Shown here piece after piece: positions 21,257-30,535 of a stretch of 64,000 bases of DNA. The translations under genes were made by a program, and so were the position numbers. The notes under the pieces are model-generated. The model was not told the origin of the DNA. It was given only the letters and a program-made list of their open reading frames with translations, and did no database searches. Position 1 is the stretch's first letter. The number at the start of each line of letters is the position of its first letter. Origin of the DNA: a bacterium (GTDB lineage Bacteria; Patescibacteriota; Microgenomatia; UBA1406; GWC2-37-13); assembly GCA_021825445.1 (NCBI GenBank), contig JAKAHA010000005.1:21316-85315 (forward strand), written 5' to 3'.

Positions 21257-22815
21257 AAAATAGTTTCCGTCCCAACTTTAATTTCTTTGGAATTGGTTTT
21301 TTCTACTTCTGAAAAATCGTCAGGAAAACCGATGACGGCAGAATTTTTGATATTCTTATCGTTGGGCAGATTAAAAATAAACTTATCAAAATTTTCAACC
21401 TGTCCAAATCCATATTCATCAGGAGGCGATAATTTTGCAAATTTTTGATAGGTTTCTGGAGGATAGTTCAGATAAAAAAGTAGAAAAATATAAGGTTGTC
21501 CATTTTTTTTGGTGATGTAAAATTTATCATAATTATTATAATTAGTTTTGATATAATCAGCTAATTCCTTATATCCCGCTTGCCAACTTCGAAGAACAAT
21601 TGCCCGTTTTGGGTAGTGATTAAAGTAAAAATCCAAAGAGTAGAAAGAAAGTATCAAGTAGCAAGTAGTAAGTATTAAGTATGGAAAAACGCCTTTTTTG
21701 TTGAGAAGATTTACAAGACCGTAGGCGGAAATCATAAAAATTGGAATAAAAATAAAAGTCGATCGAGTCAAAGAAGTGCCTGCCCAACTTAGAGAACCGC
21801 TAATAGGAGAAAATAAAAAAATAGATAAAACAAAAAGTCTCCATTTTTCCTTATTGTGAAAAAGATAGTAAAGTCCAATAAAAATAAATAGATATTCAAG
21901 TAGGGTAATAGGCGAAATCCCAGGAGATCCAAATCGTGGATTTTCATCACCAGCAATGACTAAGAACTCTGGTGAAAAATACTTTATGTAGTTAAAACCC
22001 AAATCCTTAATTCCAATTGTTAGCTTGTTGTAAAATAAATATTTTCCTCCTTCTCCTCGCAATTCGTTGATTTTCAGGGAAAAACCTATATTGTTAAAAA
22101 AAAGTAAATTTTGGACACGTGTAGGTTTATACATCAAATCAGTAATTCCAAAAAGAAAAACTGTAAAAATAAAAATTAAAAGAAACCATTTCGGAAGACT
22201 TTTTTTGAATACAAAATATAAAAGTAAAAGAAAATAAAAACCAGCCCAAAGACGAGAAAAATGATATCCAAAAAGAGAGATAAAAAAACAAAGATTAAAG
22301 ATAAAAAAATTTGATAAATTTTGTTTTTTGTAAAAATGTAAAAATAAATAAAAAGATAAGGTTAGAAAAAAAACCGTCATATATCCTTCATGAGCTTGAC
22401 GTCCAAGAAGTTGCAATCCCGGGGCAAGTGCAGAAAGAAACGAAGCCAATAGAGAGACGTTTTTTTTATTAAATAACTCCTGGGTAAGCAAAAAAACAAT
22501 TAATGGGAAGAGGAGTACAAATGGGAAGTTGACCATTCTGATTCCTATTTCAGTCAGTCCAAATGCTCGAATGAAAGGAATAGACAAATATGTCAAAAGA
22601 GGCAGCTTGTAATCGCCAAATGATTTAAAACGAAGTGGCATAAAAGCACCGTATTGATCATGAGCAGTTTTTAAAATCGAATAAGCGTCATACGCGTTAG
22701 TCGCCTCATCGGCATTTAGTGCAGGAGGAGAGACATTCATTTTATAAAAAAATAGAGTGATGGAGAGGAGGGAAATTATTATTAGTAAAATTAGCGTTAG
22801 GTATTTTTTTATCAT
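21223..22815 (-). CDS. ArnT/PMT-like (GT-C) glycosyltransferase
   Basis: ADEA acidic loop, GDYKLPL, multiple TM helices. Confidence 0.8.
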   Translation of the reverse strand: MIKKYLTLILLIIISLLSITLFFYKMNVSPPALNADEATNAYDAYSILKTAHDQYGAFMPLRFKSFGDYKLPLLTYLSIPFIRAFGLTEIGIRMVNFPFVLLFPLIVFLLTQELFNKKNVSLLASFLSALAPGLQLLGRQAHEGYMTVFFLTLSFYLFLHFYKKQNLSNFFIFNLCFFISLFGYHFSRLWAGFYFLLLLYFVFKKSLPKWFLLIFIFTVFLFGITDLMYKPTRVQNLLFFNNIGFSLKINELRGEGGKYLFYNKLTIGIKDLGFNYIKYFSPEFLVIAGDENPRFGSPGISPITLLEYLFIFIGLYYLFHNKEKWRLFVLSIFLFSPISGSLSWAGTSLTRSTFIFIPIFMISAYGLVNLLNKKGVFPYLILTTCYLILSFYSLDFYFNHYPKRAIVLRSWQAGYKELADYIKTNYNNYDKFYITKKNGQPYIFLLFYLNYPPETYQKFAKLSPPDEYGFGQVENFDKFIFNLPNDKNIKNSAVIGFPDDFSEVEKTNSKEIKVGTETIFYIKESATTTL

Positions 22816-22822
22816 ACGAACA

Positions 22823-22889
22823 TGTCATTCCCGTGAAAACGGGAATCTATAAAATCGAACACTGGATCCCTTTCTTCAAGGGGATGACA
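22823..22889. repeat. dRS3/RPE-like paired palindrome (family B)
   Basis: TGTCATTCCCGTGAAAACGGGAATCTA-spacer-TGGATCCCTTTCTTCAAGGGGATGACA; ATTCCC-N8-GGGAAT core. Confidence 0.8.
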
Positions 22890-22899
22890 ATCAACACTT

Positions 22900-23808
22900 T
22901 TAACTTTTGAATTGGTTTAATATTTCCTTGTCAGTTTTTTTAAACAATTTTACTGTTTTTTTTCTTGATGTCAAAATTTTTGGTAATTTTACAAGTGCGT
23001 CAAAAAACCCGGGAATAAAAATAAATTTTGGGATATTAACAATGTGTTTGATAATCAAATCTTTATCGGTCAAATTTTTCCAGTGAAAGAATAGTTGATT
23101 TCGGAAAGCAGTCCGTAATATTTTAGATTTGTCAAAATATTTTCCAATCGTTGATTCATGATGATGTTCGACTTTAACGTTGGGGTCGTACATTATTTTA
23201 TATCCTGCTTTCCATGCGCGATATGAAAGATCAATATCTTCCCAGTAAAAAGGATTAAAAAGCTCATCAAGCATCCCAAGAAAAATAAACAAATCTTTTC
23301 GGAAAAGGGAAGAGCCGCCTTCTGCCCAAAAAATAGGAATCCCGCCTTCGTTAAGACTACGGCGAGGCGAAGTAGGGAGTAGGGAAGAATGGTTAATTAA
23401 GCCATTTTCAAAATATCCTTTGTTTGCTCCGACGATTTTTCCGTCTTTTTCAATTTGTGCAAAACCAACGGCAAACAAATTTTTATCCTTTTTAAAATAT
23501 TCCAAAGCTCTTAAATAAGAATTGTCTCTTAAAACTACATCAGAGTTTAAAAGAAAAACAAAATCTCTCGTCGACCTTAAAACACCACTATTGACATTGC
23601 CGGCAAAACCAAGATTTATTTTGTTATTAACAACAGCTATATTAGGGTATATTTTTTTTGTTTTTTTGGTTATGTTTTCCCCAGGATAGTCATTCATTAC
23701 AATTACTTCGCAGCCAGAAAAATATTTTTTGTTAATTTCTAAAAACTTAAAAAACATTTCATAATTCTTATAGACGGGAATAATGATGGAAATAGGATAT
23801 GTTTTCAT
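22900..23808 (-). CDS. Glycosyltransferase family 2 (rhamnosyltransferase-like)
   Basis: SIIIPVY, NLGFAGNVN, LLNSD, YWEDIDLSYRA. Confidence 0.88.
   Translation of the reverse strand: MKTYPISIIIPVYKNYEMFFKFLEINKKYFSGCEVIVMNDYPGENITKKTKKIYPNIAVVNNKINLGFAGNVNSGVLRSTRDFVFLLNSDVVLRDNSYLRALEYFKKDKNLFAVGFAQIEKDGKIVGANKGYFENGLINHSSLLPTSPRRSLNEGGIPIFWAEGGSSLFRKDLFIFLGMLDELFNPFYWEDIDLSYRAWKAGYKIMYDPNVKVEHHHESTIGKYFDKSKILRTAFRNQLFFHWKNLTDKDLIIKHIVNIPKFIFIPGFFDALVKLPKILTSRKKTVKLFKKTDKEILNQFKS
23341..23375. repeat. Family-A hairpin repeat inside CDS
   Basis: CCCGCCTTCGTTAAGACTACGGCGAGGCGAAGTAG, encoding PTSPRRSLNEGG. Confidence 0.75.
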
Positions 23809-24878
23809 AACAATTTTTTTATTTTTTCTTTAAACACTTCGTAACTAAAATTTTCTTTTACAAACTGTTTACCGTTTTTAATAATTTTTTCTTTTAATAA
23901 TTTATCAGAATTAACTTCAATCATTTTATCAATTAATTCATTGCTGTCAGAAAATAAAAATCCATTATCGTTATTTTCTATCATTTCTTTTGGTCCTCCG
24001 GCTTTATAACAAAACGTCAGACAACCGGATGCCATTGCCTCAAGCGGAGTAATCCCGAAGTGTTCAACTTGCTCTGGATTCTTTTCTTCATCGACTCCCA
24101 GTCCTGTAAAATGCCAGTAGAAAGTTGAAAGTCCGTAAAGTCTATAAAGTTCGTAAAGTGATATATTTGGTTTAAAAATAATAGATGAGTCATTATCTGC
24201 AAGTTTTTTTAAACTCTCAAAGTATTCCTGGTCTTCCTTCATTAGTCCTCCTGCCAATACTAACTTGTAATCTATAAATTCTTTTGACTTCTTTTTTAAA
24301 TCTTTGAATGTTTTAATCATCAGATCCTGTTTTTTACTATGAAGATGAGAAAAAAATCGACCGACCGAAAGAATAATTTTTTCCTTTTTTTCAAAATTTA
24401 TACTTTGATTAATCAGTTTACTATCTAAATACGGCATGATTACTTCTGATTTTGTTCCAAATTTACTAAGCCATTTTTGAGTAAAGACAGAGTGGGTAAT
24501 AAACTGATAATTAATTAATTTAAGTCGATTGATGAGGTTTTTTGAATAAAGTTTTTTATCGGGAATCATCGCATATATAAAATTTTTTTTAGCTCCGGAA
24601 AAAAAATAACTACCATCGGTAACATAAAAAAAATAGTCGAAAGTCTGTAAACCTTTTAAAGTCTTTAAAGGTAGAAACTTCAATCGTTTAATCGATTGAA
24701 GTGAAAAACGATTTTTGATTTCCTGCGTCAAATTTTTATTCCAAATAATATTTATCTCGTATCCAAGTTCGGCGAAGACGTCCATGATAGAAAGAATATA
24801 TTTTTCTCCACCACCCAAAGTATCCAAAAACGGGTCGTACATACCAACCTTAATTTTTTTTATTTCTTGATTTTTCAT
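23805..24878 (-). CDS. Glycosyltransferase family 4
   Basis: GGGEKY, ILSVGRF, K.QD, EHFGITPLEAMASG. Confidence 0.9.
   Translation of the reverse strand: MKNQEIKKIKVGMYDPFLDTLGGGEKYILSIMDVFAELGYEINIIWNKNLTQEIKNRFSLQSIKRLKFLPLKTLKGLQTFDYFFYVTDGSYFFSGAKKNFIYAMIPDKKLYSKNLINRLKLINYQFITHSVFTQKWLSKFGTKSEVIMPYLDSKLINQSINFEKKEKIILSVGRFFSHLHSKKQDLMIKTFKDLKKKSKEFIDYKLVLAGGLMKEDQEYFESLKKLADNDSSIIFKPNISLYELYRLYGLSTFYWHFTGLGVDEEKNPEQVEHFGITPLEAMASGCLTFCYKAGGPKEMIENNDNGFLFSDSNELIDKMIEVNSDKLLKEKIIKNGKQFVKENFSYEVFKEKIKKLL
24676..24702. repeat. 27-bp palindrome, identical to 57690-57716
   Basis: AACTTCAATCGTTTAATCGATTGAAGT. Confidence 0.85.
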
Positions 24879-25668
24879 ATAAAAATAAATATGTAATAGT
24901 CTTCGAAAAAGCTTGATAAATTGATTCAATGATCCCAAATGTTCCGTCTAAAAAACCTAAATTTTTTATTAATCTTCGATAAAGTTCAGCTAAAAATTTT
25001 CTGAAAAAAGTTTTAGTTGTGGTTTTTTTGCCAGCTTTGTAAAGTAACTCCGATTCAATATCTTCAAAGATAACAGTTTTATTTACCATATTACTTAAAT
25101 CTCCGTGAAAATAATGAATAAGTGGGTTACTCAAAAGTCCAAAGTTCCCTTTTATAACTGGTGTCGAATGGATTCGTTTTGGCCAGTTAACAAATGATTT
25201 TTTATTAATTAGTCGGATTTGATAATCGGGAGACCAACCGCCATGTTTTAACCACTTAACACCTGCAAATATGTTGTGACGAGGGATTTTAAAATGAGTT
25301 AAATTAGTTAAATTGGTTAAATCAGTTGAATTGGTGACTGATTCAACTGACTCCGACTGATTCAACTGACTCCGACTGATTATTGATTTTATTTCTTTCG
25401 CGAGTTCTTTGGTAATCCTTTCATCCGCGTCGAGTATCATGACCCAATCTGTTTTTGCCTGCTTGATTCCAAATTCGCGGGCTGGTTCGACGTAATTTGA
25501 TTTAGGAAAATCATAAACAGTCGCTTTTAAATTTTTAGCTATTTCTACAGTTTTGTCCGTACTTTCCATATCAATTAGGATTATTTTATCAGTCAGTAAT
25601 TTTGCGGAGTTAATACAGTCGGAAATATTTTTCTCCTCGTTATGTGTATGAATAATTATAGTCATCAT
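24850..25668 (-). CDS. Glycosyltransferase family 2 (WaaE/KdtX-like)
   Basis: NEEKNI.DC, D.ESTDKT, WVMILDADER, GFLDG. Confidence 0.88.
   Translation of the reverse strand: MMTIIIHTHNEEKNISDCINSAKLLTDKIILIDMESTDKTVEIAKNLKATVYDFPKSNYVEPAREFGIKQAKTDWVMILDADERITKELAKEIKSIISRSQLNQSESVESVTNSTDLTNLTNLTHFKIPRHNIFAGVKWLKHGGWSPDYQIRLINKKSFVNWPKRIHSTPVIKGNFGLLSNPLIHYFHGDLSNMVNKTVIFEDIESELLYKAGKKTTTKTFFRKFLAELYRRLIKNLGFLDGTFGIIESIYQAFSKTITYLFLYEKSRNKKN
25297..25381. repeat. 9-mer array plus perfect 19-bp tandem duplication inside CDS
   Basis: GACTGATTCAACTGACTCC occurs twice (25336-25373), next to GTTAAATT(A/G)-type units. Confidence 0.8.
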
Positions 25669-27089
25669 AATATATGGAAAATAGTTTCTTCACCAACTTT
25701 AATAATTTCATATTTAGTCTGCAAATAATCAATTAAAAACTTATCCATATCTTCATTTTTACCAACCACCCATTTAATCTCCTTTAAATTAATTCTTTTT
25801 TTTAGTGATTGTCGACTTATAAACAATTGACTATCTTTTGCACCTTCGTAAGATGAAATTACTTTACGATCAGAATAATAAACGGTTGTTGGGTAGAGAT
25901 GATCAAGTCTAACAATAATGTCGTTATTATTTGTTAGTTTATCTAACTTAATACTGATCGACTTTAGTGATTCTGGACCGCTTGTGTCTATGACAGACAT
26001 TATATTAATATTTAAGGTTTTATATGAAATATAAATTGAGATAATTAAAAATACTCCAATCAAGATAGATCCATATTTAAATTTTTTTAACAAATTAAAA
26101 ATAGAAAAAGTGGCGAGAGCTATAAGCATCGACCAAAACGCCATTGATGGCAATAGATACCAATTATTATTTTTGGCAGTAAAACTTAATTGAATAATAA
26201 GACCACAAGCAAATAAAATTTGAAGCAAATACTTTTTGTCTTTTAATTTTGTCAAAGCTATGGTTATTCCTAACAAAAATAACCAAAAAAATCTTCGTTG
26301 AAGTGAATAATAGGCATAACCTAAGTAATCCCATTTAAAATGAGCTATAGATATATTTGAAACACCTTGATCGCCGTGAAATAAAAAATATTGATAAAAG
26401 CTTGGTCCAATTTTAGATGTTCCGATATAAAGCCATACTCCGATTGTAATTGCAAACGCCAAAAGTAATTTTATATAACCTGGAATATTTAAATATAATT
26501 TTTTTCGTTCATAAATAATTTCGACTAACACAAAAACCAAAAACGGAAAAATAGCAACTGTAAGTTTTGTCAAATATATTAATCCTAAAAATATTCCTAT
26601 AAAAACATACTTATATTTTTTATTACTTACTACAAGAAAATATAACAACAAAAAAAATAAGCTAAGTAATGAATCGAGATTACCACTGCGGGCTCGATAT
26701 ATAAATACATTATTGAACACTAGAGTGCTAAAACTAATGAGTGCAGGGACTAAGCCAAAATTTCTATACGAATATATCAAAACAAGAATAATGGTCAAAA
26801 AACCACTTATAGCCGAAGTAAATCTAAAGGAAAATTCTGTTAAACCCATAAACTTTGATGCAATCGTGCTAAGCCACATATAAAGAGGTGGCTTGTCAAG
26901 AAAAACAGCATGGTTCCAATATAAAACAAAAAAATCCTTGTTTTTTATCATATTTCTAGTAACATCTGCATACCAGGCTTCATCCCAATTATCTAAGGCG
27001 GCTACACCAAGTTTATAAAAACAAATATATAAAGCGAAAAAACCTGTGATTATAAAAATTAGGTAAGTGATAAATTTTTTTAAGGTCAT
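25665..27089 (-). CDS. ArnT-like (GT-C) glycosyltransferase
   Basis: WDEAWYA, FLDKPPLYMW, EFSFRF, multi-TM. Confidence 0.85.
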   Translation of the reverse strand: MTLKKFITYLIFIITGFFALYICFYKLGVAALDNWDEAWYADVTRNMIKNKDFFVLYWNHAVFLDKPPLYMWLSTIASKFMGLTEFSFRFTSAISGFLTIILVLIYSYRNFGLVPALISFSTLVFNNVFIYRARSGNLDSLLSLFFLLLYFLVVSNKKYKYVFIGIFLGLIYLTKLTVAIFPFLVFVLVEIIYERKKLYLNIPGYIKLLLAFAITIGVWLYIGTSKIGPSFYQYFLFHGDQGVSNISIAHFKWDYLGYAYYSLQRRFFWLFLLGITIALTKLKDKKYLLQILFACGLIIQLSFTAKNNNWYLLPSMAFWSMLIALATFSIFNLLKKFKYGSILIGVFLIISIYISYKTLNINIMSVIDTSGPESLKSISIKLDKLTNNNDIIVRLDHLYPTTVYYSDRKVISSYEGAKDSQLFISRQSLKKRINLKEIKWVVGKNEDMDKFLIDYLQTKYEIIKVGEETIFHIL

Positions 27090-27090
27090 A

Positions 27091-27900
27091 TTATTTATTA
27101 AATACAATTTCTTTTATCAGGTGAAGTTTAGTTCTAAAGGGAGCGTATTTTAGACCAAAAATCAATCTATTTTTCTTCTGATATTTCTGGTGTAGTAGAG
27201 AACCTGAGCCACCGGTTGACTGAGCATTTTTATGCCAGATAATAACTTTCGGGTTATAAAATAATTTAAATCCTGCATTTTTTGCTCTTTCACAAAAATC
27301 AGAATCTTCAAAATACAAAAAATATTTTTCATCCCAAAACCCAACTTTACTAACAACTTTTTTATTAAAAAATAACATACATCCTGTGATAAAATCAGTC
27401 TCTTCGAATTTATTAAACTGTTTATTATCTACTTCATCAACTCCTCGATGAGCCGTGTAAACGTTTCTCCAATCATTAATCCCTCCTGCATACCATAGTA
27501 TTTTGCCAATATCTTTTTTTTGGTATTTATCGTGATATTCATATCCTGGAGCATAATATATTTTTCCTCCAAAGATATCAGCTTTTTCAAATCCACGATG
27601 AGCTTCTGATGAGAAATTCCTGTCAAAAAAAATATCATTATTAATTGCACAAAATTTATCCAAGCCCTGATTAATGAAATATTTTGTTCCCTCATTAATT
27701 CCAAAAGCGTATCCTTTATTTGGAAGTGGTTTGATGACTACCTTCATTGGGTATTTCTCTGTTTTAAAAACTTCTTTGCTTGTCGAAACGTCAGCGATAA
27801 ACACCGATAAATCCTTAGCATTATTAACGGTTGCGAGTGAGTCGAGAAATTCCCGGGTTAGCTTATATTGGTTATAATTTACAGTAGTTAGACCTATCAT
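27091..27900 (-). CDS. Glycosyltransferase family 2
   Basis: VNYN, NKGYAFGINEG, INND, FITGC, YFEDSDFC. Confidence 0.88.
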   Translation of the reverse strand: MIGLTTVNYNQYKLTREFLDSLATVNNAKDLSVFIADVSTSKEVFKTEKYPMKVVIKPLPNKGYAFGINEGTKYFINQGLDKFCAINNDIFFDRNFSSEAHRGFEKADIFGGKIYYAPGYEYHDKYQKKDIGKILWYAGGINDWRNVYTAHRGVDEVDNKQFNKFEETDFITGCMLFFNKKVVSKVGFWDEKYFLYFEDSDFCERAKNAGFKLFYNPKVIIWHKNAQSTGGSGSLLHQKYQKKNRLIFGLKYAPFRTKLHLIKEIVFNK

Positions 27901-27902
27901 TT

Positions 27903-29399
27903 TTATTTAGTTGGATAATATTCCCATAGTTCAAAAGTAACGTCGTTATGGACAGGTACGACCTTGACTAGTTTTCCGGTAGCGGGGATATTGTCTTTTC
28001 TATATTGTTTAATTCTAAATTCAAAATGTTCATTCATCTCACTTTCAAAAATATACCAGCATTGGTTATTGGTATAGTTGGTGGTAGGCCTTACTTTTTG
28101 TTTAAAATCATGGAAATAATCAAATAAATAATCGTACGTATATGGAATTACTGGAGGAGTATATATTCGGACACAAAAATCTTTTTCGTTTTTATTGATT
28201 TGATACATTTTTTCTACAGTCACAATTTGTTTTTTTAGACCTTGGGCAGGAGGCAGTTGACTATTTTTTATTTGGTTATACAAATTTAATAAATTAATAA
28301 TTAATAAAAGCGTGAACAACAACCAGGGTAAAATTTTAACTAGTTTATTTTTGACTAGAAAAAAACCGTAAAATCCTAAAGTCATCATTAAAATAAAATA
28401 ATATCTTATGCCTTCGTAGTAGTTATCCCAAAAAGAATCCTTATAGAAACATGACATTACTAAAAATAAAAAGAGCATTGTGGGTGCAAACAAATAAAAT
28501 TTGTCAAGTTTTTTCTTACTTTTTATTATTGCGATTATAATTCCGATTAACGATATTAAAAATAAACCATAAATTATAAAAGGTTGATCAATTGGAAATA
28601 CCAGAACTAAATAGTCTTTAAAAAGCGATATCCTATCCTGTAAAATGGCATAAAATGGTTTTGGATTATGGAAAGTCGGGTGAAAAATGAAATTTAAGAT
28701 CGTTCTGGTTTGAGGCAATTTTTTAATCAATTCGTACAATATTCGAGGGGCAGTGGGGATGAGTAAGCCAAAAAAAATATTTTTTAATCCATCTTTTGAA
28801 ATAAACAACTTGATCTTTTTGAATAAAAACATAACTATCACGAAGGCAATTGCCGTAAACGCACCATTTGTCAGTTCCGACTCAAACATAAAACCAAGTG
28901 ACAGAAAAATCCAAAACAAATATTTTTTATTATCAGTTTTTAAAAACAAATAAACAAAATAAAAAAATAAAAGAATAAAAGGAAATCCAAGCACGCCATT
29001 AATGACAAAAAAAGACATCATCGTGAAGTATGGTGACCCTGCCACAAGTAGGGCAAACATAAGCGATGGAAACCAACCAAACTCCCTCTTGAGAAAATAA
29101 GAAAATAATAATAGCTGCAATAAGCTAAATATAAAAATAAAAACGGAAAATCCAATTGGCAAACCGAAAAATATAAGGTAGGGAATTGCCAAAAAATAGT
29201 ACCACCAAACTCCATGATTTAGTCCCGGTATGCCAGTTGTTGGTCCGCTTAAGACTGGTTTGAAATCTCTAATAATTTGTTGAGCTTTAATAAAATCTCG
29301 ACCTTGGTCGTATGTATAGGGAACAGTTTGTAAAAAGATTGGTTTTAACCTAAAATAACAGAAGAGAATAACGATTAAAAGGAAAATAAACTTTTTCAT
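27903..29399 (-). CDS. GT-C-fold membrane glycosyltransferase
   Basis: YDQGRD, GPTT, HG.WWYY, multi-TM; paralogous to 41388-42848. Confidence 0.75.
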   Translation of the reverse strand: MKKFIFLLIVILFCYFRLKPIFLQTVPYTYDQGRDFIKAQQIIRDFKPVLSGPTTGIPGLNHGVWWYYFLAIPYLIFFGLPIGFSVFIFIFSLLQLLLFSYFLKREFGWFPSLMFALLVAGSPYFTMMSFFVINGVLGFPFILLFFYFVYLFLKTDNKKYLFWIFLSLGFMFESELTNGAFTAIAFVIVMFLFKKIKLFISKDGLKNIFFGLLIPTAPRILYELIKKLPQTRTILNFIFHPTFHNPKPFYAILQDRISLFKDYLVLVFPIDQPFIIYGLFLISLIGIIIAIIKSKKKLDKFYLFAPTMLFLFLVMSCFYKDSFWDNYYEGIRYYFILMMTLGFYGFFLVKNKLVKILPWLLFTLLLIINLLNLYNQIKNSQLPPAQGLKKQIVTVEKMYQINKNEKDFCVRIYTPPVIPYTYDYLFDYFHDFKQKVRPTTNYTNNQCWYIFESEMNEHFEFRIKQYRKDNIPATGKLVKVVPVHNDVTFELWEYYPTK

Positions 29400-29437
29400 T
29401 TTTATAAATTTAATTATAACACAGCATAAACTTACCC

Positions 29438-30535
29438 ATGATATATGCACTATATTTTATTGTTGTACTGATTTTTTCAATATATTCTTATTCTTTAGTT
29501 GACCTAAATCTAACTTTATTTAACAATCAAATTTGGGATAACTTTAGGTCTTTTATAATCCAAATAGGTTATTTCAATAAAGGTTTGTCGACAATAATAT
29601 TTTTTTCTTGTCTTGGTATTTTTTATTTACTTTATTTTTTATCAAAAAAATACAAGCCAAATCCGATTAAGTTGGCTTTTGTAATTGGATTAGTTTCTCT
29701 GATTGCTTATCCATTTTTGTCTCACGATTTTTTTAACTACATGTTTGACGCCAAGATTTTAACTTTTTATGGCAAAAATCCCTATCTTTTTCGGGCCCTG
29801 GATTTTCCATCTGACCATTGGACCAGGTTTATGCATTGGACTCATCGCGTCTATCCTTATGGTCCGACTTTTTTACCTATAACTTTAATTCCGTCTTTTT
29901 TATCGGGAGGCAAATTTATTCTTAGTCTTCTCTTTTTTAAAATGACTTTTGTATCATTTTATTTGGGGGCTGTTTGGGCAACTAATAAGATAAATAAAAA
30001 TATGGCACTAACGATTGCGACTCACCCTTTGATAATTATTGAGGGATTAAATACTCCACACAACGATCTGATTGCGATGAGCTTGGGGCTAATTGGTGTT
30101 TATCTACTATTTAACAAAAAAGTTTGGTCGAGGGCTCTGTTTATTATCTCCGGGTTAATCAAATACTCAACTTTACCTATCCTGATTTTATCCAAAAAAA
30201 ATAAGTGGTTAAATATACTGGCGTTTATTGGAACCCTCATACCTCTTTATTACCTAACTTTTTATTCAGAAATTCAACCGTGGTATTTTTTAATTTTATT
30301 TATTTTTTTGCCGATTTTTCCAAATTTGATTAAACGAATAGAGTTATTTCTGATGGGCTTAATTTTTTCTTATTTTCCATATATTTTTCTTGGAGGTTGG
30401 AATTCACCGGACAAAGTAGCTATAAAACATCAAATAATTATTTATTTTTCAATTGCGAATTTACTTGCGTTGGGTATTTATAAGATCTTTTATTTCATCA
30501 AGAAGCGCTCTGCCCTTAATTCTATAAATAATTGA
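29438..30535 (+). CDS. GT-C membrane glycosyltransferase (MptA/B / GT87-like)
   Basis: SHDFFNY, GKNPY, YPYGP, HND, IKY, QPWY motifs. Confidence 0.75.
   Translation: MIYALYFIVVLIFSIYSYSLVDLNLTLFNNQIWDNFRSFIIQIGYFNKGLSTIIFFSCLGIFYLLYFLSKKYKPNPIKLAFVIGLVSLIAYPFLSHDFFNYMFDAKILTFYGKNPYLFRALDFPSDHWTRFMHWTHRVYPYGPTFLPITLIPSFLSGGKFILSLLFFKMTFVSFYLGAVWATNKINKNMALTIATHPLIIIEGLNTPHNDLIAMSLGLIGVYLLFNKKVWSRALFIISGLIKYSTLPILILSKKNKWLNILAFIGTLIPLYYLTFYSEIQPWYFLILFIFLPIFPNLIKRIELFLMGLIFSYFPYIFLGGWNSPDKVAIKHQIIIYFSIANLLALGIYKIFYFIKKRSALNSINN

Noticed and set aside
30461..30535. Long convergent gene overlaps (also 21223-21256, 40645-40685, 48038-48087)
   Set aside because: Expected in compact genomes, with no additional signal.
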